DNA of 64,000 nucleotides, taken from contig PCWA01000109.1 in assembly GCA_002796125.1 (NCBI GenBank), positions 1,347-65,346 on the forward strand, written 5' to 3'. Positions 39,292 through 49,119 of the stretch are shown one piece after another. The stretch comes from Candidatus Ghiorseimicrobium undicola. GTDB lineage: Bacteria > Omnitrophota > Gorgyraeia > Ghiorseimicrobiales > Ghiorseimicrobiaceae. A model generated the notes under the pieces. It made no database searches and had not been told where the DNA came from. It was given only the letters and a program-made list of their open reading frames with translations. Positions within the stretch are counted from its first letter, which is position 1. The number at the start of each line of letters is the position of its first letter. The position numbers were made by a program, and so were the translations under genes.

Positions 39292-40458
39292 CTAAATCAA
39301 CAGATCCAAAAATTCCCTAAGCCGTTTTATTCCTTTTTCAATCTGCTCTTTACTTGTGGCAAAACTAAAGCGCACATACCCATCGTCTCCAAAAGCACTG
39401 CCGGGAATAGAGGCGACATGCTTTTCTGTTAAGAACCTGCTGGAAAAATCAAATGAATTCAGGCCGGTTTTTGATATATCGCAAAATACATAGAATGCCC
39501 CCTGCGGCTTTATATATTCCATACCTGCCTCATCAAGCAAAACAAGCATATAATCACGCCTGGATTCAAATTCTTTACGCATCACATCAACAACAGAGCT
39601 GTCCAAAGAAAGAGCCGCAAGCGCTGCTTTCTGTGAAATAGAACAAGGGTTTGAAGTTGAATGGTCCTGAATTTTAGAGATTGCCTCCACCGCCGTTTTA
39701 TCCCCTGCCATATATCCGATGCGCCAGCCGGTCATAGAATAAGCCTTAGATACGCCATTTACAACAAATGTTCTTTTATAAATATCGTCGTTTATGCTTG
39801 CGATAGATATATGCCTGCCATTTTCATAAATCAATTTTTCATATATCTCATCGCTTATAACAAATAGCTTATTCTTGATGCACACCTCCGCTATATCTTC
39901 CAATTCATTTCTGGCGTAAGTATAACCTACGGGATTAGACGGAGAATTTAAAATGAGGGCTTTTGTCTTTTTAGTAATGCTCTTTTTCAAAGAATCTCCG
40001 TCCAACTTAAAAGAACAGGACTTATTTGTCTTGACGATAGCCGGAACGCCGCCGCAGAATTTAACCATCTCCACGTAACTTACCCAATAGGGAGACGGGA
40101 CGATAACTTCATCGCCCTCTGCGATCAAAGCCTGCATAAGATTAAAAAGAGAATGTTTTGCGCCGTTGGAAACTACTATTTGATCAATATCGTAATTTAG
40201 ATTATTATCCAGGCGGAATTTTTTCTGGATTGCGCTCTTAAGCTCAAAAATCCCGGAAGAAGGGGTATATTTTGTAAAACCGCTTTTTATCGCATCTATA
40301 GCCGCCTGCTTGATTTGATCCGGGGTGTCAAAATCAGGCTCGCCGGCAGCAAAGCTTACCACATCGATATGTTCCTGACGCATTTTTTTTGCGCGGGCTG
40401 TAATAGAAAGAGTAGAGGAAGGATTTATTTGCTGACTTCTCTTGGAAAGATATGCCAT
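39292..40458 (-). CDS. aspC: PLP-dependent class I aminotransferase (aspartate aminotransferase)
   Basis: GEPDFDTP, NSPSNP, SDEIY, SKAYSMTGWRIG. Start moved to ATG 40458. Confidence 0.88.
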   Translation of the reverse strand: MAYLSKRSQQINPSSTLSITARAKKMRQEHIDVVSFAAGEPDFDTPDQIKQAAIDAIKSGFTKYTPSSGIFELKSAIQKKFRLDNNLNYDIDQIVVSNGAKHSLFNLMQALIAEGDEVIVPSPYWVSYVEMVKFCGGVPAIVKTNKSCSFKLDGDSLKKSITKKTKALILNSPSNPVGYTYARNELEDIAEVCIKNKLFVISDEIYEKLIYENGRHISIASINDDIYKRTFVVNGVSKAYSMTGWRIGYMAGDKTAVEAISKIQDHSTSNPCSISQKAALAALSLDSSVVDVMRKEFESRRDYMLVLLDEAGMEYIKPQGAFYVFCDISKTGLNSFDFSSRFLTEKHVASIPGSAFGDDGYVRFSFATSKEQIEKGIKRLREFLDLLI

Positions 40459-40621
40459 ATTATGCTGTGAGCAAAACAAGTATCAAGCAATAATGATATT
40501 CTATATATTATTCTCCCGAGTAAAAAGCGATAAAATGCATTTTTTACTTAGGAATAATTATTCTGACCAAGAATATTACTGCGAAGCCTTAGCGAAACGA
40601 AATAAAAATAAACAATTCTGC

Positions 40622-41239
40622 CTAAAGAGAATCTCTTTCTTTCTTGAAAAGCTTTCGTAACCCACCCAAGAATTTCTTTTGCGGTTTTTTATCCGCTTCC
40701 TTCTCTATGTGCTTTTTATTCTCCTCGGGCGCAGCATGCGGCTTCTCTTCAACCGGCGCCTTAGCTTTTTGCTCCGGAGCCTTCTTGGCTAACTCTTCTT
40801 TTTTCGGAACGGCTAAATCGGCTTTTATCTGCTGTTTCTTCTTTTTTGCCTCAAGCTTAACCAAGGGCTCTTTTTTAATTACGCCCATCTCTGTCAATTC
40901 CAGAAAACACATGCCGACACCATCGCCCCTGCGCCTTGAAGAAAGAACAATTCTCGTATATCCTCCTGCGCGATTATTAAAACGAGGGGCGATTTCATTA
41001 AAAAGTTTCGCCACGAGCGCATGATTCTGCAATGTGCGGTAAGCGTTCCTCCGGGAAGATAAACTACCTTCCTTGCCCAGAGAAATTAACTGTTCTACCA
41101 GGCCCCGCACATTTTTCGCGCGTTCTTTCGTAGTATTAATCTTTCCTTTTATTATTACTGATTTCGCTAAAGCTTTTATCAGTGCCTTGCGTTTGCTTAT
41201 TGAGAGCGATAATCGTGACTTCTTTATTCTATGGCGCAT
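40622..41239 (-). CDS. rplQ: 50S ribosomal protein L17 with Lys-rich C-terminal extension
   Basis: MRHR, TT..RAK, GGYTRI; follows rpoA. Confidence 0.95.
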   Translation of the reverse strand: MRHRIKKSRLSLSISKRKALIKALAKSVIIKGKINTTKERAKNVRGLVEQLISLGKEGSLSSRRNAYRTLQNHALVAKLFNEIAPRFNNRAGGYTRIVLSSRRRGDGVGMCFLELTEMGVIKKEPLVKLEAKKKKQQIKADLAVPKKEELAKKAPEQKAKAPVEEKPHAAPEENKKHIEKEADKKPQKKFLGGLRKLFKKERDSL

Positions 41240-41256
41240 CTCTAAATTCCTATCTC

Positions 41257-42249
41257 CTATTTTGAATCCTTTAACTTTTTCAAGTCTACATCCATGCCGA
41301 AGCTTAAACCCATCGACACCACCATTTCCTTGATTTCTGTCAAAGATTTTTTGCCAAAATTACGTAAACCCAAAAGATCAACCTCAGTCTTGTTGACCAA
41401 CTCTCCTATCGTCTTTATATTTGCCTCTCTAAGACAATTGGAACTGCGCACGGAAAGCTCTACTTCCGAAATAGGCAGCCTTAGCTTGTCGTATAAAGCA
41501 GCATCCTCCGGAGCTAAAAGCTCTTCCTCTTCTTCCTCTTCGGGGAGCTGGCCAAAATTAACATAGACATCTAAATGCCGCTGAAGTATATTGGAAGCGT
41601 ACAAGAGGGCATCTTTCGGGTTAATGGTTCCGTTGGTAGTTATTTCTATAATTAGCTTATCGTAATCCGTCCTCTGGCCAACGCGCGTGCTCTCTACCTG
41701 AAAATTAACATTCTTTACGGGGCTAAAAACGGAATCAACGGCGATCGCGCCTATTTCCTGGCCTTCTTTTTTATTGGCTTCCGCAGGAACATAACCGCGT
41801 CCGCGGGCAACAACCATTTCAACATTGAATTTAACATCCTGCGTGAGGGTCGCAATGTGCAGGTCCGGATTTAATATTTCGATGGTCTCGTCAGTTATTA
41901 TATCGGAGGCCTTGATTTCCCCTTTCTTATTCGCCTTTATAAAGATGGATTTTGGAGTCTTGGCGTAAGAACGTATAATAATCTTTTTGATATTGACGAT
42001 TATATCGGTTAAATCGTCCACAACTCCGCTAATTGTGGAAAATTCATGAGCGGCTCCCTCAATTTTTACAACTGCAACAGCGCTACCTTCAATAGAAGAT
42101 AATAGTACCCGCCGCAACGAATTGCCCAGAGTAACTCCATAGCCACGCTCAAAAGGCTCGGCTATAAACTTACCATAGGTAGACGTATAACTTGATTCAT
42201 CGCATTCTAATCTCTTTGGCATCTGGAAATCCCGCCACTTTATCCCCAT
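41257..42249 (-). CDS. rpoA: RNA polymerase alpha subunit
   Basis: EPFERGYGVTLGNSLRR, LSVRSSNCL, RNFGKKS. Confidence 0.98.
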   Translation of the reverse strand: MGIKWRDFQMPKRLECDESSYTSTYGKFIAEPFERGYGVTLGNSLRRVLLSSIEGSAVAVVKIEGAAHEFSTISGVVDDLTDIIVNIKKIIIRSYAKTPKSIFIKANKKGEIKASDIITDETIEILNPDLHIATLTQDVKFNVEMVVARGRGYVPAEANKKEGQEIGAIAVDSVFSPVKNVNFQVESTRVGQRTDYDKLIIEITTNGTINPKDALLYASNILQRHLDVYVNFGQLPEEEEEEELLAPEDAALYDKLRLPISEVELSVRSSNCLREANIKTIGELVNKTEVDLLGLRNFGKKSLTEIKEMVVSMGLSFGMDVDLKKLKDSK

Positions 42250-42265
42250 TTAAACCTCCCTATAT

Positions 42266-42324
42266 AAATTTAAAATTTAGAATGTATAATGTAAAATTAG
42301 ATTTTGCACCCTACATTCCGCATT
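42266..42324. repeat. Heptamer-periodic inverted array
   Basis: AAATTTA AAATTTA GAATGTA TAATGTA ... TGCACCC TACATTC CGCATTT. Confidence 0.55.
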
Positions 42325-42951
42325 TTATTTAGAATACAACTCTACAATTAACTGCTCCTGGACAGGTAATTGTAAATCTTCTTTTTCCGGAAAACGCAAT
42401 ACTTTAAGTTTTAAATTCTGGTTATCGATATCGAGCCAACTAGGCTTAGGCCAATCCTTGGTTAATTCTATTGTTTCCCTTATGTTTTTTATTGGTTTCT
42501 CCTTGGCTCTTATCTCAATTAAGCCAGTGTTCTCTACCAGGTAAGAAGGTATATTTATCCGGCGGTTATTCACATAAACATGCCCATGACGCACTATCTG
42601 GCGCGCCTGAGCATGAGAAGCCGCAAAACCTGCACGCAGCAAAACATTATCTATTCTTCTTTCCAAAAGCTGAATAAGAACCTTTCCAGTTACACCTTTG
42701 GTTTTAGACGCCATAGTAAAATAACGCCTGAATTGCCTCTCCAGGATACCGTACATCCGTTTTACTTTTTGCTTTTCTCTAAGCTGTAAACCATAATTGG
42801 ACAATTTACGGGAAAGTTTACCATGCTGCCCTGGAGCATAACCTCTTCTGGTAAAACCACATTTATCTCCTATGCAGCGGATGCCTTTTAAAAAAAGCTT
42901 CATGCCTTCTCTACGGCAAAGCCTACAAGAAGCATCTAAATTTCTAGCCAT
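42325..42951 (-). CDS. rpsD: 30S ribosomal protein S4 (Zn-binding type)
   Basis: CRLCRR, PGQHG, QLREKQK, LERRIDN, VELYSK. Confidence 0.97.
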   Translation of the reverse strand: MARNLDASCRLCRREGMKLFLKGIRCIGDKCGFTRRGYAPGQHGKLSRKLSNYGLQLREKQKVKRMYGILERQFRRYFTMASKTKGVTGKVLIQLLERRIDNVLLRAGFAASHAQARQIVRHGHVYVNNRRINIPSYLVENTGLIEIRAKEKPIKNIRETIELTKDWPKPSWLDIDNQNLKLKVLRFPEKEDLQLPVQEQLIVELYSK

Positions 42952-42960
42952 CAAACCTCC

Positions 42961-43359
42961 TTACACTCTTCTCTTTTTACTAGCCCGGCAGCCATTATGG
43001 GGGACAGGAGTAACATCTTTTATTAACTTAACTGTAAGCCCGGCTGCCTGTATAGCCCTAATCGCGGATTCACGCCCCGCGCCAGGCCCCTTGACATAAA
43101 CGTCTATCTCTTTAATGCCTAAATCCTTTGCTTTTTTGGCCGCATCGGAAGCAGCGATCTGTGCGGCAAAAGGCGTAGATTTTTTCGATCCGCTAAAGCC
43201 CACTGCCCCGGGAGCAGACCAGGCAATAGTATTGCCATCTTTATCGGCAATCGTTACAATAGTATTGTTAAAAGATGCCTGTATGTGTGCGACTGCGCTT
43301 GTAATATTAAGATTTTTTTTCTTTTTCTTTGAAAGCTTGCGTGTCGGTTGCGCGCTCAT
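42961..43359 (-). CDS. rpsK: 30S ribosomal protein S11
   Basis: [28 protein letters not shown]. Confidence 0.98.
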   Translation of the reverse strand: MSAQPTRKLSKKKKKNLNITSAVAHIQASFNNTIVTIADKDGNTIAWSAPGAVGFSGSKKSTPFAAQIAASDAAKKAKDLGIKEIDVYVKGPGAGRESAIRAIQAAGLTVKLIKDVTPVPHNGCRASKKRRV

Positions 43360-43399
43360 TTATTTCACCCCTTAAGTTTGCTCTTGTGCTCGAATTGAT

Positions 43400-43780
43400 T
43401 TATTTTTCTGCCTTGGCTTTTATAGCTCCCACATTACGCCTGGGACCCTTTCTGGTGCGGGAATTTGTGCGCGTACGCTGCCCATGCACAGGCAAGCTCC
43501 TTTTATGGCGCAGGCCGCGATAAGAGCCGATATCCATAAGCCGTTTTATATTCTGTGAAACTTCACGCCTAAGATCACCCTCTATTTTATATCCTCGCTG
43601 TATAACTGCGACAATCTTGGAAATTTCTTCGTCGGTGAGTGTTTTAGCGCGTCTATTCGGATCAATCTCTGCCGCTTTAAGGATTTTACTTGCGCTAACC
43701 TTCCCAATACCATAAAGATAAGGAAGCGCGGCTTCTATCTTTTTTTCTTTTGGAATATCTACACCTAAAATTCTTGGCAC
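43400..43780 (-). CDS. rpsM: 30S ribosomal protein S13
   Basis: [27 protein letters not shown]; GTG start. Confidence 0.98.
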   Translation of the reverse strand: MPRILGVDIPKEKKIEAALPYLYGIGKVSASKILKAAEIDPNRRAKTLTDEEISKIVAVIQRGYKIEGDLRREVSQNIKRLMDIGSYRGLRHKRSLPVHGQRTRTNSRTRKGPRRNVGAIKAKAEK

Positions 43781-43891
43781 TTTAACCTCGCTTTGTTCTT
43801 TGTCTATAATAACGCCCGGGCTTTAGCCTGGCGCATTGTAGTTTTATAGTTTTTATGTTATAGACTATTGCCTATGGGCTATCAACTAAAC

Positions 43892-44005
43892 TTATCCCTG
43901 TTTTTGCTTATGCTTAGGATTAGTGCAGATGACATAAACTATTCTCTTGCGTCTAATAATCTTGCAATTAGTACAAATTCTTCTTACCGATGATTTAACT
44001 TTCAT
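43892..44005 (-). CDS. rpmJ: 50S ribosomal protein L36
   Basis: Below the ORF-track cutoff; translates [37 protein letters not shown]. Confidence 0.96.
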   Translation of the reverse strand: MKVKSSVRRICTNCKIIRRKRIVYVICTNPKHKQKQG

Positions 44006-44007
44006 GA

Positions 44008-44223
44008 TTATTTACACCTATAGATTATCCTGCCGCGGCTTAAGTCGTAAGGCGAAAGCTCAAGCTTTACCCGGTCGCCGGGAAGAATCCTGATAAAATG
44101 CATTCTTATTTTACCTGATACGTGCGCCAAAACAACATGCTTATTATCAAGCTCTACCTTAAACATAGCGTTAGGCAACGATTCTAATATAGTCCCTTCA
44201 ACTTCGATTAATTCTTCTTTCAA
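44008..44223 (-). CDS. infA: Translation initiation factor IF-1
   Basis: LPNAMF.V, SGKIR...IRILPGD.V, SPYDL.RGRI; TTG start. Confidence 0.97.
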   Translation of the reverse strand: MKEELIEVEGTILESLPNAMFKVELDNKHVVLAHVSGKIRMHFIRILPGDRVKLELSPYDLSRGRIIYRCK

Positions 44224-44241
44224 ATGAGTCCGCCTTATTAC

Positions 44242-44991
44242 TTATAAACAGGTTAATATCTCCGGGCCGCTATTTAAAACAACTACCGTATGTTCAAAAT
44301 GCGCAGAAGGCAATTTATCTTTAGTACGTACCGTCCATCCGTCCGGCATAACTTCGACTTCCCAGCTGCCCATGTTAACCATGGGCTCTATCGCCAGGAC
44401 CATGCCTTCTTTCAACTTTATCCCGCAATTGGGTTTTCCGAAATTCGGTATTTGCGGTTCTTCGTGTATGGCCCTACCGACTCCATGGCCGGCAAAATCG
44501 CGCACTACCGAAAAACCGTTAGTTTCAACATACCGCTGTATGTTATGCGATATATTCGACAAAAAATTTCCGGCGTAGGCCTGTTTTATTCCTTCCTGCA
44601 ACGCTTTTCTTGCCACGCGTATAAGATTGCGTAAACGTGCCCCTATTTTACCTACCGGATAAGTAACGGCGCTATCGGCGATATAGCCATCAAAATCTAC
44701 GCCTATATCTATACTAACGATATCCCCGTCTTCTAATATTCTATTTTCGGAAGGTATGCCGTGTACAACTTCTTCATTAACTGATATACAAGTTGCTGCT
44801 GGAAAAGAGCGATAACCTAAAAACGCGCATGAGCCTCCATTTTCAAGTATTATAGCTTTTATCAAACTATCTATACCGGCGGTGGTCATCCCGGGAGCCG
44901 CTATCTTCTGGGCGGCCCTAAACGCTTTCGCCGCTATTGCGCCCGCACGGCGAATACTCTCTATGGCCTCCGGGGTCTTTAATTCTATCAT
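44242..44991 (-). CDS. map: Methionine aminopeptidase type I
   Basis: SVNEEVVHGIP, GHGVG..HEEP, AIEPM, SAHFEHT. Confidence 0.97.
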   Translation of the reverse strand: MIELKTPEAIESIRRAGAIAAKAFRAAQKIAAPGMTTAGIDSLIKAIILENGGSCAFLGYRSFPAATCISVNEEVVHGIPSENRILEDGDIVSIDIGVDFDGYIADSAVTYPVGKIGARLRNLIRVARKALQEGIKQAYAGNFLSNISHNIQRYVETNGFSVVRDFAGHGVGRAIHEEPQIPNFGKPNCGIKLKEGMVLAIEPMVNMGSWEVEVMPDGWTVRTKDKLPSAHFEHTVVVLNSGPEILTCL

Positions 44992-44993
44992 TT

Positions 44994-45635
44994 CTATAAA
45001 AGAACTTTTTTTAGCCCGTCAAATACAATAGGCGCGTCAAAATTGGCATCTACTTTTAAAAGCTTGCCCTGTTTTTTATAATAATCCACCAATCCTTTAG
45101 TATCTCTTAAATAAACAAGCAACCTGTTTTTTATCGCCTCTTCTCTATCATCCGGACGCTGATAAAGCAGGCCCGAGCATGTATCGCAAATACCGTCTTT
45201 CTGCGAAGGCATATTAGTAACATGATAATTCTGCTGGCAATTTTTACATACGCGCCTTCCGGAGAGCCGTTGAATGATAATGGGCTCATCGGCTTCAAGA
45301 TATAATACATAATCTATAACAATGGCCTGCTTTTTCAGCATCGCATCTAGTATCCCTGCTTGCGCATCATTCCTTGGGAAACCATCTAAAATAAAACCTT
45401 TTTCAATGCCAGGCTGGGCAAGACGCTCCTTAAGCAGCTCAACCACCAAATTATCAGGCACCAAATCGCCCTTTTCAATAAATTCTTTGGCCTGGCTGCC
45501 TAATTTTGTGCCATCCGCTATTGATTTTCTTAATAGATCACCTGTCGAGATATGCCAAAGACCAAAATATTCTCTTAGTAATTTCGCCTGAGTGCCCTTA
45601 CCTGCTCCGGGGGGGCCTAATAAAACTATATTCAT
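44994..45635 (-). CDS. adk: Adenylate kinase (Zn-lid)
   Basis: GPPGAGKGTQ, STGDLLR, LDGFPR, CxxC...CxxC lid. Confidence 0.97.
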   Translation of the reverse strand: MNIVLLGPPGAGKGTQAKLLREYFGLWHISTGDLLRKSIADGTKLGSQAKEFIEKGDLVPDNLVVELLKERLAQPGIEKGFILDGFPRNDAQAGILDAMLKKQAIVIDYVLYLEADEPIIIQRLSGRRVCKNCQQNYHVTNMPSQKDGICDTCSGLLYQRPDDREEAIKNRLLVYLRDTKGLVDYYKKQGKLLKVDANFDAPIVFDGLKKVLL

Positions 45636-45750
45636 TTAATGAGGCCGTAACTTACGGAGGCAAAGCCGACGTAAGTTATCTGGCCGAATTATCCCGAAGC
45701 CTATCGGGTAAATATCGCAGAGATTTACCCGATGTTTAGGCGAGGGACAT
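45636..45750 (+). repeat. Tandem-GA hairpin element (modules A+B)
   Basis: TAAT-GA-GGCC..CTTACG-GA-GGC-AAA-GCC-GA-CGTAAG..GGCC-GA-ATTA then TCCC-GAA-GCCTA...TAGGC-GA-GGGA. Confidence 0.85.
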
Positions 45751-45760
45751 TATTTTTAAT

Positions 45761-47119
45761 CTAACGCCTGCCTTTTAAACGGCCTGTCTTCATAAACCCG
45801 TCATAATTATGCATAATTAAGTTTGATTCAATCTGTCGAAGAGTATCCAGCATCACGCCAACGATAATTAATATGCCCGTACCGCCAAAAAATGAAGCGA
45901 CAAGATAGGGAATATTAAGCCAGGCCATTATTAAATCAGGGAATATCGCGATAAAAGCAATAAATAAAGCCCCCGCCAAAGTTAAGCGAGTCATTACAAA
46001 ATCTAAAAACTCAGCAGTCGGTACCCCGGGTCTTATGCCCGGAATAAAACCGCCATATTTTTTCATATTTTCCGATATATCAATCGGGTTAAAAACTATT
46101 GCTGTGTAAAAATAACAGAAAAACACTATTAATAAAGCGAACAGTGCTGTGTATAACCCGCTGCCTCGTGTAAGGCTGGATGCAAAACGCTGAAATACCG
46201 GATTAGGGATAAAGGCTGCAATTGTTGCCGGAAAAAGTATGATGGACTGGGCGAAAATAATCGCTATAACGCCGGACTGGTCAACTTTTAAAGGTATATA
46301 GGTGCTCTGGCCGCCGTAAATTTTTCTCCCCACTACCCGCCTTGCATACTGAACCGGTATCTTACGCTGAGCCTGGGTTATTGCCGTTACCGCAAAAATA
46401 ACCCCGATTAATAAAGCCGCCATGATCAAAACAGTGAACGGTGAAAGCGTACGTGCCTGAGGCGAAAAAGGCGAAATCAAAATCCACAACTGGTTTAATG
46501 CCGTCGGGATACGTGATACAATACCGGCGGTAATAATCAATGATATACCATTGCCGATACCGCGCTCTTGTATTTGTTCGCCAAGCCACATAATAAAAAT
46601 AGTACCGCTTGTCAAAGTAATCATAGTAAGCAGGCGAAAAGCCCACCCGGGGCTTGTGACAATTCTGCCAAATTCAAAGAATTGGCCAGACCTGCCTACG
46701 TTTTCTATCCATATGGCAATAAAATAAGATTGCACCAATGACAGGAAAACGGTACCTAAACGCGTATATTGATTAATCTTCTGATGCCCGGCTCTTCCTT
46801 CTTTTGCTATTTTTTCAAGAGCAGGAATTACCGCAGTAAGTAACTGTAATATGATAGAAGCCGATATGTAAGGCATTATCCCTAAGGCAAATATGGTTAA
46901 TTTTTCCATAGCGCCTCCGGAAAACATGTTTATTATGCCAAAGAGCGAACCACCCTGACTCTGTTGTAACTTATTAAAAAGGTTGGCCAAAGCTTGGCTA
47001 TTTATGCCTGGAGTAGGTATAAAACAACCAAGCCGGTATATAACCAATAAACTTAAAGTAATGAATATCTTACGCTTTAAGTCCGGTATTTTAAAAGAAT
47101 TGACTAATCCTTTAAGCAT
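45761..47119 (-). CDS. secY: Preprotein translocase subunit SecY
   Basis: IFALGIMPYISASII, WLGEQI..RGIGNG, FIPGIRPG, GGTGILI.V. Confidence 0.98.
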   Translation of the reverse strand: MLKGLVNSFKIPDLKRKIFITLSLLVIYRLGCFIPTPGINSQALANLFNKLQQSQGGSLFGIINMFSGGAMEKLTIFALGIMPYISASIILQLLTAVIPALEKIAKEGRAGHQKINQYTRLGTVFLSLVQSYFIAIWIENVGRSGQFFEFGRIVTSPGWAFRLLTMITLTSGTIFIMWLGEQIQERGIGNGISLIITAGIVSRIPTALNQLWILISPFSPQARTLSPFTVLIMAALLIGVIFAVTAITQAQRKIPVQYARRVVGRKIYGGQSTYIPLKVDQSGVIAIIFAQSIILFPATIAAFIPNPVFQRFASSLTRGSGLYTALFALLIVFFCYFYTAIVFNPIDISENMKKYGGFIPGIRPGVPTAEFLDFVMTRLTLAGALFIAFIAIFPDLIMAWLNIPYLVASFFGGTGILIIVGVMLDTLRQIESNLIMHNYDGFMKTGRLKGRR

Positions 47120-47550
47120 TCTGCTTTTCCGCCAGATTTCTCAATTGAAATTCTTGCGCCTTTGGAGAAAGCATGGGCCTTAATCATCAACGGCTTGGTT
47201 ATCTCCCCTTTGCCCAGTATCTTAACAAGCTTATCCGCATCTTTTATAAGGCCCTTCGCCTTTAAGATTTCCGGCGTAACAGGCGTCTCAGAACTAAATT
47301 TTCTTAAATTATTAAGGTTTACTATTTGATATTCTATTTTACGCCTAGCATTAAAACCTCGTTTCGGTATCCGCCTTATTAAAGGATTTTGTCCCCCCTC
47401 AAAACCTAAGATGGTCCCCCTGCCTGAGCGCGCACGCTGTCCTTTATGGCCCCTGGTTGAAGTCTTGCCATGGCCGGAACTCTCGCCCCTGCCAATAATC
47501 TTGCGCCTTTTTTTACTCCCTCTCGGATGTTTTAATTCGTTAAGATTCAC
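47104..47550 (-). CDS. rplO: 50S ribosomal protein L15
   Basis: GRG..SG.GKT..RG.KGQ, FEGGQ.P..RR.PKRGF. Confidence 0.97.
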   Translation of the reverse strand: MNLNELKHPRGSKKRRKIIGRGESSGHGKTSTRGHKGQRARSGRGTILGFEGGQNPLIRRIPKRGFNARRKIEYQIVNLNNLRKFSSETPVTPEILKAKGLIKDADKLVKILGKGEITKPLMIKAHAFSKGARISIEKSGGKAECLKD

Positions 47551-47570
47551 TTGATTAATTCTCCTTGAAT

Positions 47571-48038
47571 TTATCTTATTTTTCTTATACGTAACTTAGT
47601 TAATCCATCCAGAGTAGCCTTGACGGTATTAACCGGGTTATTTGACTTAAGGCACTTAGTCAAAATATCACGTATGCCCGCGGATTCGCAAACTGCGCGC
47701 ACGGAACCGGCAGCTATAACGCCAGTTCCTTCGGAAGCCGGCTTTAATAAAACTTTAGCGGCGCCAAATTGGCCAATAATTTCGTGCGGAATTGTTGTCC
47801 CGGTCAAATTAATCCTAACCATAGATTTCTTAGCTTTGCTTATTCCTTTGCGTATAGCGCTCGGGACTTCATTAGCTTTGCCTAGCGCGGCACCCACGTG
47901 TGATTTTCCGTCTCCTACAACTACCAATGCACTGAAGCAGATTTTTTTCCCGCCTTTGGTAACCTTAGATACCCTGCTGATATCAACAACTTTTTCCGAT
48001 AATTCCTGCGGTTTTTCCGCCATGATAGAATCTGCCAT
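47571..48038 (-). CDS. rpsE: 30S ribosomal protein S5
   Basis: [24 protein letters not shown]. Start probably ATG 48038 or 48023. Confidence 0.96.
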   Translation of the reverse strand: MADSIMAEKPQELSEKVVDISRVSKVTKGGKKICFSALVVVGDGKSHVGAALGKANEVPSAIRKGISKAKKSMVRINLTGTTIPHEIIGQFGAAKVLLKPASEGTGVIAAGSVRAVCESAGIRDILTKCLKSNNPVNTVKATLDGLTKLRIRKIR

Positions 48039-48039
48039 G

Positions 48040-48402
48040 TTATAAATCCAAACCTGCCTTTCTTGCTTCCTCTGCCAAAGCCTTAACTCTGCCGTGATAG
48101 ATATAACCTCCCCTATCAAAGACGACTTTTGTAATTCCTTTCTCTTTGGCGCGTTTTGCTAAAATTTGCCCCAGTAATCCCGCTGCTTTTATGTTTCCGC
48201 CGTATTTACAAGCTTTCTTTATGTCATCATCCTGCGTTGAAACCGATAGAAGTGTACGCATACCTACATCATCGATTATCTGAGCGTACAAATTTTTTAA
48301 ACTGCGATAAACGTTTAAACGCGGGCGATCAGGCGTACCTGCAATACGTTTACGTATTCTTGAATGGCGAAAATATCTGCTTATTTTTTTACTATTCACC
48401 AC
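48040..48402 (-). CDS. rplR: 50S ribosomal protein L18
   Basis: RPRL.V.RS, VFDRGGY.YHGRV.A.A. Confidence 0.97.
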   Translation of the reverse strand: MVNSKKISRYFRHSRIRKRIAGTPDRPRLNVYRSLKNLYAQIIDDVGMRTLLSVSTQDDDIKKACKYGGNIKAAGLLGQILAKRAKEKGITKVVFDRGGYIYHGRVKALAEEARKAGLDL

Positions 48403-48482
48403 GCTCTTCCTTCCTTTTCTTCTATTATTATTTACCGCTTATCCCGTTCTTCCTGAATTTACTGCTTTAGGAAGGGCGGGAT
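48403..48482. repeat. GC hairpin with two alternative arms (copy 2 of the 36642 element)
   Basis: CGCTCTTCCT and CCCGTTCTTCCT can both pair with AGGAAGGGCGGG. Confidence 0.55.
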
Positions 48483-48485
48483 TTA

Positions 48486-49028
48486 TTATTTGGTCCCTGC
48501 CGCCTTGCCAAGCTTTCTTCTGATGTGTTCTGTTGTGTATTTTATGCCTGTGCCTTTATACGGTTCCGGCGGTTTTATGCGGCGGATTTCGGCAGCAACC
48601 TGTCCTACTATCGCTTTATCCAGTCCGCTTATTATAATTTTAGTTTGTTTGATTATTTCCAGCTTAACTTCTTTGGAAGGAGAATATATTACCGGGTGGC
48701 TAAAACCTAACTGCATGACTAAATTATCCCCCTCCATCTGGGCGCGATAGCCTACGCCTATAATATCCAGCTCCTTAGAATAGCCGTTAGTCACGCCCTT
48801 AATCATATTTGCGATTAAAGCGCGGCTAAGCCCATGTAATGATTTATTGATTTTTAAATCATCTTTGCGCGCGACTAAAACGCAGCCGTTATCTACGGAA
48901 ACAGTAATAGCAGGATGGATTTTCTGCGTGAGCTTGCCCTTAGACCCTTCCACAGAAATAACGCCTGCCTTTATTTCAACTTTTACTTTTTCCGGTATCA
49001 CTACCGGTATTTTTCCTATTCTAGACAT
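48486..49028 (-). CDS. rplF: 50S ribosomal protein L6
   Basis: MSRIGK.P, GVGYRA, LGFSHP, PEPYKG. Confidence 0.98.
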   Translation of the reverse strand: MSRIGKIPVVIPEKVKVEIKAGVISVEGSKGKLTQKIHPAITVSVDNGCVLVARKDDLKINKSLHGLSRALIANMIKGVTNGYSKELDIIGVGYRAQMEGDNLVMQLGFSHPVIYSPSKEVKLEIIKQTKIIISGLDKAIVGQVAAEIRRIKPPEPYKGTGIKYTTEHIRRKLGKAAGTK

Positions 49029-49029
49029 T

Positions 49030-49111
49030 TTAATGAGCGCATAATTTACGGAGTTTGAAGAACGACGTAAATTATCTGCGCGAATTAACTCCGCGGCTTA
49101 TGCAGCGGAGT
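49030..49111 (+). repeat. Tandem-GA hairpin element (module A + short B)
   Basis: TTAAT-GA-GCGC-ATAATTTACG-GA-GTTT-GAA-GAAC-GA-CGTAAATTAT-CT-GCGC-GA-ATTAA. Confidence 0.85.
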
Positions 49112-49119
49112 ATATTTTT

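Noticed and set aside
45690-45750. attC-like GCCTA...GTTTAGGC ends in module B
   Set aside because: Does not fit RYYYAAC/GTTRRRY boxes, there is no integron integrase, and the flanking genes are core ribosomal genes.
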